Shown: in pieces, positions 31,077-39,189 of the stretch
How the letters are laid out: each line of letters begins with the position of its first letter
Numbering within the stretch: the stretch's first letter is position 1
Assembly (NCBI GenBank): GCA_963766735.1
Contig: CAVYBU010000019.1
Coordinates: 65,999-129,998, forward strand
DNA: 64,000 bases
DNA from: an uncultured Chloroflexia bacterium
GTDB lineage: Bacteria; Chloroflexota; Limnocylindria; Limnocylindrales; CSP1-4
Reading direction: 5' to 3'
Notes under the pieces: generated by a model
The model's database searches: none
What the model was told of the DNA's origin: nothing
The model's input: the letters and a program-made list of their open reading frames with translations, nothing else
Position numbers and translations under genes: made by a program

Positions 31077-32185
31077 GGGAGGTCGGCGAGCGCGGCGACC
31101 AGGCGGTCCATGTGCACCGGGAGATTCACGTCGGATCGGAGGTAGCGGTCCGCGAGCCCGCGGAAGCTGACCGAACCGTCCTTGACGATCACCCCCCGCT
31201 CGAGCAGGCCGTTGAACACCTTCGTGGAGTCCGTGCCCGGATCCAGGATCCGGACCAGGAAGAAGTTCGAGCGGCTGCCCGGGATCATCTCGAACCGGTC
31301 GAGGGTCCGGAAGCGCTCGGCCACGTAGGCACGGCCCGCCACGATCGCCTGCACGGTCCGCTCCACGTGGGCGTCATCGTCGAGCGCGGCAACGCCACCC
31401 GCGATCTGGAGCTGGCCCAGGTTCCACGTCGGCTTCACCGCCAGCAAGGCGCGGATGACCGGGACAGGTGCGACGCCGAAGCCGATCCGCAGGCCGGCCA
31501 GGCCGAAAGCCTTGGAGAACGTGCGCAGGACGATGAGGTTCTCGTACTCGCCCGCGAGGTGGATGTAGCCGGGTGTCTCGCTGTAGTGGACGTACGCCTC
31601 GTCCAGGACAACAAGGGCGTTGGGCGCGGCCTCCACCACTCGCCGCACATCGGCCTCCTCCAGCCACGTACCCGACGGACTGTGCGGGTTGGTGAGGAAC
31701 ACGATCTGGGTCGTGGGCTTGATCGCAGCGATGTACGCGTCAAGGTCGATGGCCATCGTCGCCGGGTTGGTCGCACGGTGTGACAGGACCACGTTGCGGC
31801 CTTCGGCCTCGGCGAACAGGTGGTAGATCGGGAAGCACGGCGCGGGCATCAGCACCTCGCCGCCCGACTGCGAGAACGCCCGGATGAGGAGCGAGATCAC
31901 CTCGGTCTCGCCCGACCCGCACACGACGTGGTCCGGCGAGTAGCCGTACAAGGCGGCGATCTTCTCGCGCAGAGGCTGGGCGGTCCATGACGGGTAGAGG
32001 TGGAGCCTGCCCATGGCGCCGTTCACGGCCTCGACCGCCCTGGGGGACGCGCCGAACGGGTTCTCGGCCGACCCCAGCTTGGAGATCTGGGAGGGGTCGA
32101 TCCCGTAGCGCGCCGCGACGTAGTCGGCCGGCAGGCCGGCGACGTAGTACTCGGGATCGGCGAGTCCGGGGTGGGCGTACTGCAT
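31073..32185 (-). CDS. HisC-like PLP-dependent aminotransferase (class I/II)
   Basis: ATG 32185 after SD AAGGAG. AENPFG, DEAY and RTFSKAFGLAGLR (PLP Lys); NPHSPSG replaces the canonical NPNNPTG. Confidence 0.88.
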   Translation of the reverse strand: MQYAHPGLADPEYYVAGLPADYVAARYGIDPSQISKLGSAENPFGASPRAVEAVNGAMGRLHLYPSWTAQPLREKIAALYGYSPDHVVCGSGETEVISLLIRAFSQSGGEVLMPAPCFPIYHLFAEAEGRNVVLSHRATNPATMAIDLDAYIAAIKPTTQIVFLTNPHSPSGTWLEEADVRRVVEAAPNALVVLDEAYVHYSETPGYIHLAGEYENLIVLRTFSKAFGLAGLRIGFGVAPVPVIRALLAVKPTWNLGQLQIAGGVAALDDDAHVERTVQAIVAGRAYVAERFRTLDRFEMIPGSRSNFFLVRILDPGTDSTKVFNGLLERGVIVKDGSVSFRGLADRYLRSDVNLPVHMDRLVAALADLP

Positions 32186-32217
32186 CGGGGTCTCCTTCGG
32201 GCCGCGCCGGGTGCCGG

Positions 32218-33126
32218 TCAGCCGGGGTTGCCGGTGTAGATGCCGGCTGCGCGCCGGGTGGCGTGGAACCGGTCGATCGCGCCCGCGACATCCCCCTCGG
32301 ACCGGGCGAACATGAAGGCGAGGAGCGTCTCGAGGAGCGCGGTGGTGGCGACGTTCGACGACCACGGCAGCGGCGAATCGGTGGGGACCACGAACGCGTG
32401 GGCAGCGAGCGGGATGAGCGGCGACGCGTGGGTGTTGGTGACTGCGATGATCGGGACGCCCCGCGCTGCGGCCAGCCGGACGGCCTCAACGATCTCCACC
32501 CGGAAGGGACTGAAGGTGATGGCGACCAGCGCGTCCTGCTCGGTCATCCGTCCCACATCGTCGATCGCGAGGCCGATCGTCGGGATTGCCATGACGTTGT
32601 CGAGCGCCATCCCGGCGACATAGGCGAAGTTCTCGGCAAGCGGCTTGGAAGTCCCCACGCCTAGGACATACGCGTGGAGGGCCCGGTTGACCAGGTCCGC
32701 GGCAGCGCACAGCGACGCCGTGGATACCCCCGAGAACATCGTCTCGAGGTTCGCGAGCGCCGCGCCGGCCATCCCGGCAAGCACCGCGCCGTGGCTGGTC
32801 CCCTGTCCAAGTCCCTGGAGGAACCGCGCGCGGTCGGGAAACGAGACGGCCCCCTCCGCGGCGTGGGCGCGGAACGGCGTTCGGAACTCCTCGTACCCTG
32901 GGAACCCGACGGCCCGGGCCATCCGCACCAGTGTGTTCGGCTTCACGCCCGCCGTGTCGGCCACGGTACGCATCGACGAGACGGCGATCTTGCGGGGGTT
33001 CTCGAGGACGTACGTGGCCGCCTGGCGGACCTGGGGCGGAAGCTCGCCCAGAGTCGCGGACAGCAGCCGAAGGATCGCCTCCGGATTGGAGGGCAGCGCG
33101 GTCGGGGTGCCCATGTCCTGCCCCAT
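32218..33126 (-). CDS. RpiR/MurR family transcriptional regulator (HTH plus SIS domain)
   Basis: YVLENP, AGVKPNTLVRMARAVGFPGY HTH and a SIS domain (ITFSPF, AVTN); SD GGAGG. Confidence 0.9.
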   Translation of the reverse strand: MGQDMGTPTALPSNPEAILRLLSATLGELPPQVRQAATYVLENPRKIAVSSMRTVADTAGVKPNTLVRMARAVGFPGYEEFRTPFRAHAAEGAVSFPDRARFLQGLGQGTSHGAVLAGMAGAALANLETMFSGVSTASLCAAADLVNRALHAYVLGVGTSKPLAENFAYVAGMALDNVMAIPTIGLAIDDVGRMTEQDALVAITFSPFRVEIVEAVRLAAARGVPIIAVTNTHASPLIPLAAHAFVVPTDSPLPWSSNVATTALLETLLAFMFARSEGDVAGAIDRFHATRRAAGIYTGNPG

Positions 33127-33179
33127 CCGCGTTCACCTCCGTCCTCCGCGGGCCGAGCGGCACCGTCGTGCGGAATACA

Positions 33180-33228
33180 GTTCAAATGTACCATGCTGTT
33201 GTCAAGAGCGGTACATATGTCCTACGCT
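33180..33228. promoter_or_regulatory. Divergent promoter region with two candidate RpiR boxes
   Basis: GTTCAAATGTAC (33180-33191) and GTACATATGTCC (33211-33222); plus-strand TTGTCA-N18-TACGCT. Confidence 0.5.
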
Positions 33229-33285
33229 AGTCGCACCGCAGCAGCTCGGGCTGCCCGGCCGCCGCTGAACCGAGGAGTCGCATCG

Positions 33286-35769
33286 ATGACGGACGAGTCG
33301 CCCACCCGGGCAGGCAGCGGCGACGGCCGCCCGTCCGCCGCGCGGGTCGTCGTCATCGGCGGCGGTATCGTCGGCGCCAGCGTCGCCTTCCACCTGACCG
33401 AGCGCGGCTGGAACGACGTCGTCCTCGTCGAGCGGCGAAAGCTCACCAGCGGCACAACCTGGCATGCGGCCGGTCTCGTGGGCCAGCTGCGCGCGTCGCA
33501 CAGCATGACGGCGTTCGCGAGCTACTCGAAGGAGCTGTTCCGCGAGCTCGAGCGACGGACCGGCGACAGCACCGGGTTCGTGCAGCACGGCTCGGTCCTG
33601 GTCGCGCACACGGAGGGGCGCTGGGACGAGATCCGCCGCAACGTGTCCATGGCGACCACCGCGGGGATCGAAATGGAGCTCATCACGGCCGGGCGCCTGG
33701 GCGAGATGTGGCCGCTCATGAGCACCGACGGCGTGCTCGGCGCCGCGTTCATCCCCAAGGACGGGATGGCCAATCCCGTGGACGTCACCCTCGCCCTGGC
33801 CCGGGCGGCGAGGCTGGGCGGCGCCCGCGTGCTCGAGAACACGACCGTGACGCGGATCCTGCGCCGCGAGGGCCGGGTCTCGGGCGTGGAGACCGACCAG
33901 GGGACGATCGCCTGCGAGTACGTCGTCAACTGCACCGGCATGTGGGCGCGCGAACTGGGCGCCCGGGACGACGTGGCGATCCCTCTCCACGCGGCCGAGC
34001 ACTTCTACCTCGTCACGGAGCCGATCGAAGCACTTGCGCCGGACCTGCCGGTACTGCGGATGCCCGACGACGGCACCTACGCGCGCAACGAGGCCGGCAA
34101 GCTGATGGTGGGCTTCTTCGAGCCGGGCGCGAAGCCCTGGGCGACCGAGGGGATCCCGGCCGACGCGGAGTTCCTGACGCTGCCGGCGGACTGGGACCAC
34201 CTCGAGCCGTACATCCTCAAGGCCGTCAACCGGATTCCCGTGTTCGGCGAGAAGGGCATCCAGCTGTTCTTCAACGGCCCCGAGGCCTTCACGCCGGACG
34301 GCCGCTACATCCTGGGCGAAGCCCCGCAGCTTGGCGGCTACTTCGTCGCCGCCGGGTTCAACTCCAGCGGCTTCGCGACCGGCGGCGGCGCCGGCCGCGC
34401 GGTCGCGGACTGGCTGGTTGACGACCGCCCGCCGATCGACCTCTGGGAGGTGGACATCCGGCGGTTCATGCCGTTCCAGCGCAACCGCCGGTACCTCTAT
34501 GAGAGGACGACCGAGACGGTGGGGATCGTCTACGCGACCCACTGGCCGTTCAAGCAGATGACGACCGCCCGCGGCATCCGCCGCTCACCGCTCCATGACC
34601 GGCTCGTCGCCCGCAACGCGTGCTTCGGGGAAGTCGGTGGCTGGGAGCGGGCGAACTGGTATGCGCCGGCCGGGGTCGCTCCCGAATACGAGTACAGCTA
34701 CGGGCGCCAGAACTGGTTCCCCTACTCCGCGGAGGAGCACCAGGCCGTCCGCGAGAACGTGGCGCTGTTCGATCAGACCAGCTTCGGCAAGCTCCAGGTG
34801 GCCGGACGCGACGCCGCCCGCGCTCTGAACCGGATCTGCACGGCCGACATCGACTTCGAACCGGGCCGCATCGCCTACACGCAGTGGCTCAACGAGTACG
34901 GCGGCGTCGAGGCGGATGTCACCGTCTCCCGCCTGGCCGAGGACCGGTTCCTGGTCATCACCACCGGCACCCAGACCCAGCGAGACCTCGACTGGCTGCG
35001 CAAGCACATCGACACCGACGCCCACGTGCTGCTGACCGACGTGACGTCGGCCGAGACCGTGATCTCGATCATGGGTCCGCGCTCGCGTGACCTCCTGCGG
35101 TCGATGTCCGACGCCGACCTGTCCAACGCCGCGTTCCCGTTCGGGACCGTGCGCGAGATCGACCTCGGCTACGCGTTCGCCCGCGCTGCCCGCACCACCT
35201 ACGTGGGCGAGCTTGGCTGGGAGCTGTACCTCCCGACCGAGTTCGCGACCCACGTCTATGACGCCATCGTGGAGGCGGGTGAGTCATTCGGTCTCCGCCA
35301 CGCGGGCTATCACGCGCTCAACAGCCTGCGGATCGAGAAGGCGTACCGCCACTGGGGCCATGACATGGCGGACCGCGACACGCTCATCGAGGCCGGCCTC
35401 GCGTTCACGGCCGCCTGGGACAAGCCAGGCGGCTTCATCGGCCGCGACGCGCTCCTGCGCCAGCGGACGGCGGGCGTCCCCGGCCGGCGCCTGGCCGTGT
35501 TCGTCCTCGACGACCCGGGGCCGCTGATGTACCACAACGAGCCCATCCTGCGGGACGGCGAGCTGGTCGGCTGGATCACCTCGGCGATGTTCGGCCACAC
35601 GATCGGCCGATCCATCGGCCTGGGCTATGTCAAGCGCGGCGACGGGCCGGTCACGCCCGACTGGCTGGCCGCCGGCCGCTACGAACTCGAGATCGCCTGC
35701 GAGCGGTACGGCGCTTCAGCCTCGCTCAAGGCTCCCTACGACCCGTCACACGCCCGCATCCGCGCCTGA
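33286..35769 (+). CDS. FAD-dependent GcvT-domain oxidoreductase, copy 5 (close paralog of copy 2)
   Basis: ATG 33286 after SD AGGAG. SGTTWHAAG, NGPEAFTPD, ADVTV and TYVGELGWELY. Confidence 0.92.
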   Translation: MTDESPTRAGSGDGRPSAARVVVIGGGIVGASVAFHLTERGWNDVVLVERRKLTSGTTWHAAGLVGQLRASHSMTAFASYSKELFRELERRTGDSTGFVQHGSVLVAHTEGRWDEIRRNVSMATTAGIEMELITAGRLGEMWPLMSTDGVLGAAFIPKDGMANPVDVTLALARAARLGGARVLENTTVTRILRREGRVSGVETDQGTIACEYVVNCTGMWARELGARDDVAIPLHAAEHFYLVTEPIEALAPDLPVLRMPDDGTYARNEAGKLMVGFFEPGAKPWATEGIPADAEFLTLPADWDHLEPYILKAVNRIPVFGEKGIQLFFNGPEAFTPDGRYILGEAPQLGGYFVAAGFNSSGFATGGGAGRAVADWLVDDRPPIDLWEVDIRRFMPFQRNRRYLYERTTETVGIVYATHWPFKQMTTARGIRRSPLHDRLVARNACFGEVGGWERANWYAPAGVAPEYEYSYGRQNWFPYSAEEHQAVRENVALFDQTSFGKLQVAGRDAARALNRICTADIDFEPGRIAYTQWLNEYGGVEADVTVSRLAEDRFLVITTGTQTQRDLDWLRKHIDTDAHVLLTDVTSAETVISIMGPRSRDLLRSMSDADLSNAAFPFGTVREIDLGYAFARAARTTYVGELGWELYLPTEFATHVYDAIVEAGESFGLRHAGYHALNSLRIEKAYRHWGHDMADRDTLIEAGLAFTAAWDKPGGFIGRDALLRQRTAGVPGRRLAVFVLDDPGPLMYHNEPILRDGELVGWITSAMFGHTIGRSIGLGYVKRGDGPVTPDWLAAGRYELEIACERYGASASLKAPYDPSHARIRA

Positions 35770-35811
35770 CCCACCCGCAACCGCCCAGTCCGTCGGAGCA
35801 AGGAGAGTCAC

Positions 35812-37344
35812 ATGGGAACTGCACACCCGGTCCACCAGCCGCCGGTCCCGGACGCCGCGTCGCCCGTCTGGCCGGGCCTTCCCAGCGGACGCTTCATGCC
35901 CATGACGCCGGACGAGCTGGCCCGCATGCACCAGGGCGTTCTCGACATCATGGAGCAGGTCGGCTTCGGGGATCCGACGCCCCGCCTGATCGAGGTCGTG
36001 GGCTCCAGGGGCGGCTGGGTGGACGAGCACGGAAGGCTGCGCTTTCCCCGCACCCTCGTCGAGGACGTGATCGCCAACGCCCCGCACACGCTGGTCCTGC
36101 CGGGGCGGGACCCGCGCCATGACTTCGAGGTTGGTGAGGGGCGACTCCACACCGGTACCGGCGGGGCATCGCCCAACATCGTGGACTTCGCCACGGGCGG
36201 CTACCGCCCGGCCTCGGTCGCCGACCTCTACGACGTCGCCCGGCTTGTCGACCGGATGGAGAACATCCACTTCTTCTGGCGACCGATCGCCGCCGCGGAC
36301 ATCGCCGAGGCTTCCGTCCTTGACATCAACACCGCGTACGCCTGCCTGCAGGGCACGACGAAGCACTTCACGGCCAGCTTCGTCAACGGCGACTCGGTAC
36401 GCGCAGCCGTCAGGATGTTCGACATGGTCCTGGGCGGCGAGGGCCGGTTCCGCGAGCGCCCGTTCTGCTCGGCTTCCTGCTGCCACGTCGTTCCGCCGCT
36501 GCGGTTCGCCGCCAATTCGTGCGAGGCTCTCGAGGCGGCGGTCATGGCGGGCATGCCAGTCGGCGTGGTATCGGCGGGCCAGACCGGCAGCACCAGCCCC
36601 GTGACGCTCGCCGCGATGATCGCCCAGACGGCGGCGGAGTGTCTCGCGGGACTCGTCTTCGCCTACCTGCTCGACCCCAACTGCCGCGTCCACCTCTCGG
36701 CCTTTCCGTTCGTCTCGGATCTGCGGACCGGTGCCAGCTCCGCCGGCGCGGCCGAACAGGGGCTCCTGGCATCGGGCTTCGCCCAGCTGACGCACTTCTG
36801 GCGACTTCCGGCGAGCATCGCGGCGGGCATGACCGACTCGAAGGAGCCCGATGTGCAGGCCGGCGCCGAGAAGGCCCTCTCGCTCGCGCTGACGGCCAAC
36901 GCCGGTGCGTCGATGATCCTCGAATCGGCCGGCATGCAGGCGAGCCTGATGGGTGTCTCGCTCGAGGCGTTTGTGCTCGACAATGAGATGCTCGCCGCCG
37001 TGCAGCGCACGGTCCGGGGCATCGAGGTCAACGAGGACACGCTGTCGGTCGAGGAGATCCGCAGCGCTGTCCTCGAGGACGGCCACTATCTCGGCCGGAC
37101 CGAGACCAGGGCGCGCATGCGTCGCGATTTCGTGTACCCGACCGTGGGCAATCGGGACGCGCCATCAGTCTGGGAGGAGGGGGGCCGAGTCCAGGTGCGC
37201 GAGCAAGCTCGCGCTCGGGTGCGGGCAATCCTGGCCGAGCACTACCCGGGGAACGTCGATCCGGTGGTGGACGAGCAGATCCGGGCACTGTGGGACATCC
37301 GCCTGCCGCGCGAGTTCATGACCCCCGCGTCCGGCCGCTGGTAG
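35812..37344 (+). CDS. MttB family methyltransferase without pyrrolysine, copy 2
   Basis: GSTSPVTLA, DLRTG and AAGMTDSKEPDVQAGAEK; paralog of 20961-22463. Confidence 0.9.
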   Translation: MGTAHPVHQPPVPDAASPVWPGLPSGRFMPMTPDELARMHQGVLDIMEQVGFGDPTPRLIEVVGSRGGWVDEHGRLRFPRTLVEDVIANAPHTLVLPGRDPRHDFEVGEGRLHTGTGGASPNIVDFATGGYRPASVADLYDVARLVDRMENIHFFWRPIAAADIAEASVLDINTAYACLQGTTKHFTASFVNGDSVRAAVRMFDMVLGGEGRFRERPFCSASCCHVVPPLRFAANSCEALEAAVMAGMPVGVVSAGQTGSTSPVTLAAMIAQTAAECLAGLVFAYLLDPNCRVHLSAFPFVSDLRTGASSAGAAEQGLLASGFAQLTHFWRLPASIAAGMTDSKEPDVQAGAEKALSLALTANAGASMILESAGMQASLMGVSLEAFVLDNEMLAAVQRTVRGIEVNEDTLSVEEIRSAVLEDGHYLGRTETRARMRRDFVYPTVGNRDAPSVWEEGGRVQVREQARARVRAILAEHYPGNVDPVVDEQIRALWDIRLPREFMTPASGRW

Positions 37345-37459
37345 CGCTCGACGGCTGACGGGCAGAACCGAGCCCGTGCCCTGGCTCATCGCTGAGTCCG
37401 GGCACGGCGACTTCGAGCCTTCGCCTGGGCTCCATGCCTGATGGCGGCATGGCGGTCCG

Positions 37460-38422
37460 TCAGGCGCCGCGCCTCCTGCGGATCTCCGCGCTGATCGCGG
37501 GGAGCACCTCGTGCAGGTCCCCGATGACGGCGTAGTCGGCGTCCGACATGATCGGGGCCTCGGCGTCCTTGTTGATGGCAAGGACCAGCTTGGCGCCCTT
37601 GCAGCCGGCCATGTGCTGGGTCGCGCCGCTGACACCGGCCGCGATGTACAGGTCGGGTGCGATCTTCGTCCCCGTCTGGCCAACCTGCTCGGTGTGCGGG
37701 CGCCAGCCCGAGATCGTGACGGCCCGGGAACAGCCGACGGCCGCGCCCAGGAGGTCGGCGAGCTCCACAACGGGCGTGAAGCCGTCCGCCGAGCCGACGC
37801 CGCGTCCGCCGGTCACGACGACCCGGGCATCGGCGAGCGAAACGCCGCCGGTGGCCGCGGGGAGGCGGTCCACCACGCGGACCGCCAGGTCCGCGTCATC
37901 GAGCTGTGGCGTGAACACCTCCACGGTGGCGGTGCCACCGGTGGGCGTGGCCGTGATGGCATGCGGTGCGACGGTCAGGATCGCCCTGCCGGCATGGATG
38001 ACGGCCTCCTCGAGGAGGCTGCCGCCCCAGCGGATCCTCGTGACGGTCATCGGGCTGCCGGGAGCCGCCTCGATGCAGTTCGCGGCGAACGGGAGCCCGG
38101 ACCGGGCCGCCGCGCGGGCCATCACGGTGTTGCCCGCCTCCGTCCCGGCGCCGACGACCACGTCGGCGCCGAGGCTCGAGGCCAGGTCGTCCACGATCGC
38201 GGCAATCGCGTCGGGCGCGAACGCGGCGAGCGCCGGGTGGTCGGCAACGTGGACGTGCGTGGCGCCCCACTCACCGAGATCCGCGGCAAGGGCCTGGTCG
38301 CCGATGAGCAGCGCGTGGACCGGCCCCCCGGCGGCGAGCGCCGAGCCGAGGGTCAGCGCCTGGAGAGAGACCTTGTCGACGGCGCCGTCGGCGGTCGCGA
38401 CGAGGACGAGCACGAGTCCCAT
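37460..38422 (-). CDS. etfA: Electron transfer flavoprotein alpha subunit, copy 2
   Basis: TGGRG, CSRAV, QVGQTG, GVSGATQH and AINKD. Confidence 0.92.
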   Translation of the reverse strand: MGLVLVLVATADGAVDKVSLQALTLGSALAAGGPVHALLIGDQALAADLGEWGATHVHVADHPALAAFAPDAIAAIVDDLASSLGADVVVGAGTEAGNTVMARAAARSGLPFAANCIEAAPGSPMTVTRIRWGGSLLEEAVIHAGRAILTVAPHAITATPTGGTATVEVFTPQLDDADLAVRVVDRLPAATGGVSLADARVVVTGGRGVGSADGFTPVVELADLLGAAVGCSRAVTISGWRPHTEQVGQTGTKIAPDLYIAAGVSGATQHMAGCKGAKLVLAINKDAEAPIMSDADYAVIGDLHEVLPAISAEIRRRRGA

Positions 38423-39187
38423 CTAGAGCACCCCAACGCTGTCGAGCATGTCAACCGCGGCGACGGCTGCCGAGGCGCCGCTGCCGAGGATCGTCGCCTG
38501 TTTCGCCTCGCCCCTGGGCACGGCCAGGCGGATCATCTCGAGCCGCTGGTCCGGTCTGGCCGGGCTCGACGCCGCCACGGGCTTGCTCCTCGCCCGGATG
38601 CGGCCCGGGACCGAGGGGTACCGGGGCAGGTTGATGCCCTCGAGGACACCGACGACCGCCGGCAGGCTGACCTCGTAGACGTCGCGCCCGCCGGCAGCCT
38701 CCTGCTCGGCGCGCGCCACGCCGTCCGCGACGGCCAGGCCCTTGATGCCGGTCAGGACCGGCCGGCCCAGTGCGCGTCCGACGCGGACCGCGACCTGGTA
38801 GCCACCGGTGTCGCCGGCCTCGTTGCCCATGAGGAGCATGTCGAACGGGCCGCTGCCGGCCTCGTCCTCCCGGATGGCCTCGACGATCGCGGCGGCCGTG
38901 GACTCCGGGTCCCACTCCTCCCCGTCGGTGACGAGATGGATCGCCCGCGAGACGCCGATGGACATGGCATCGCGGAGCTGCTCGAGCGCCTCTGCGGGGC
39001 CGAGGGTGAGGACCACGGACTCGCCGCCGTGCTCCTCGACGAGGCGCACGGCCTGCTCGACCGCGCACTCCTCGTGCGGCCCGATGGCGAAGCCGAGGTA
39101 CTTGATGTCGATCGCGCGGTCATCCTCGGTGAGGGTGATCCGGCCGGCGACCGCCGGGACGCGCTTGATGCAGACCAGGATCTTCAT
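38423..39187 (-). CDS. etfB: Electron transfer flavoprotein beta subunit, copy 2
   Basis: MKILVCIKRVP starts at ATG 39187, 2 nt after the upstream stop; GNEAGD and LPRYPS. Confidence 0.88.
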   Translation of the reverse strand: MKILVCIKRVPAVAGRITLTEDDRAIDIKYLGFAIGPHEECAVEQAVRLVEEHGGESVVLTLGPAEALEQLRDAMSIGVSRAIHLVTDGEEWDPESTAAAIVEAIREDEAGSGPFDMLLMGNEAGDTGGYQVAVRVGRALGRPVLTGIKGLAVADGVARAEQEAAGGRDVYEVSLPAVVGVLEGINLPRYPSVPGRIRARSKPVAASSPARPDQRLEMIRLAVPRGEAKQATILGSGASAAVAAVDMLDSVGVL

Positions 39188-39189
39188 CT

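Noticed and set aside
20961-37344. Pyrrolysine read-through in the mttB genes
   Set aside because: There is no internal TAG, Met occupies the Pyl site, the terminal TAGs follow full-length proteins, and no pyl genes are present.
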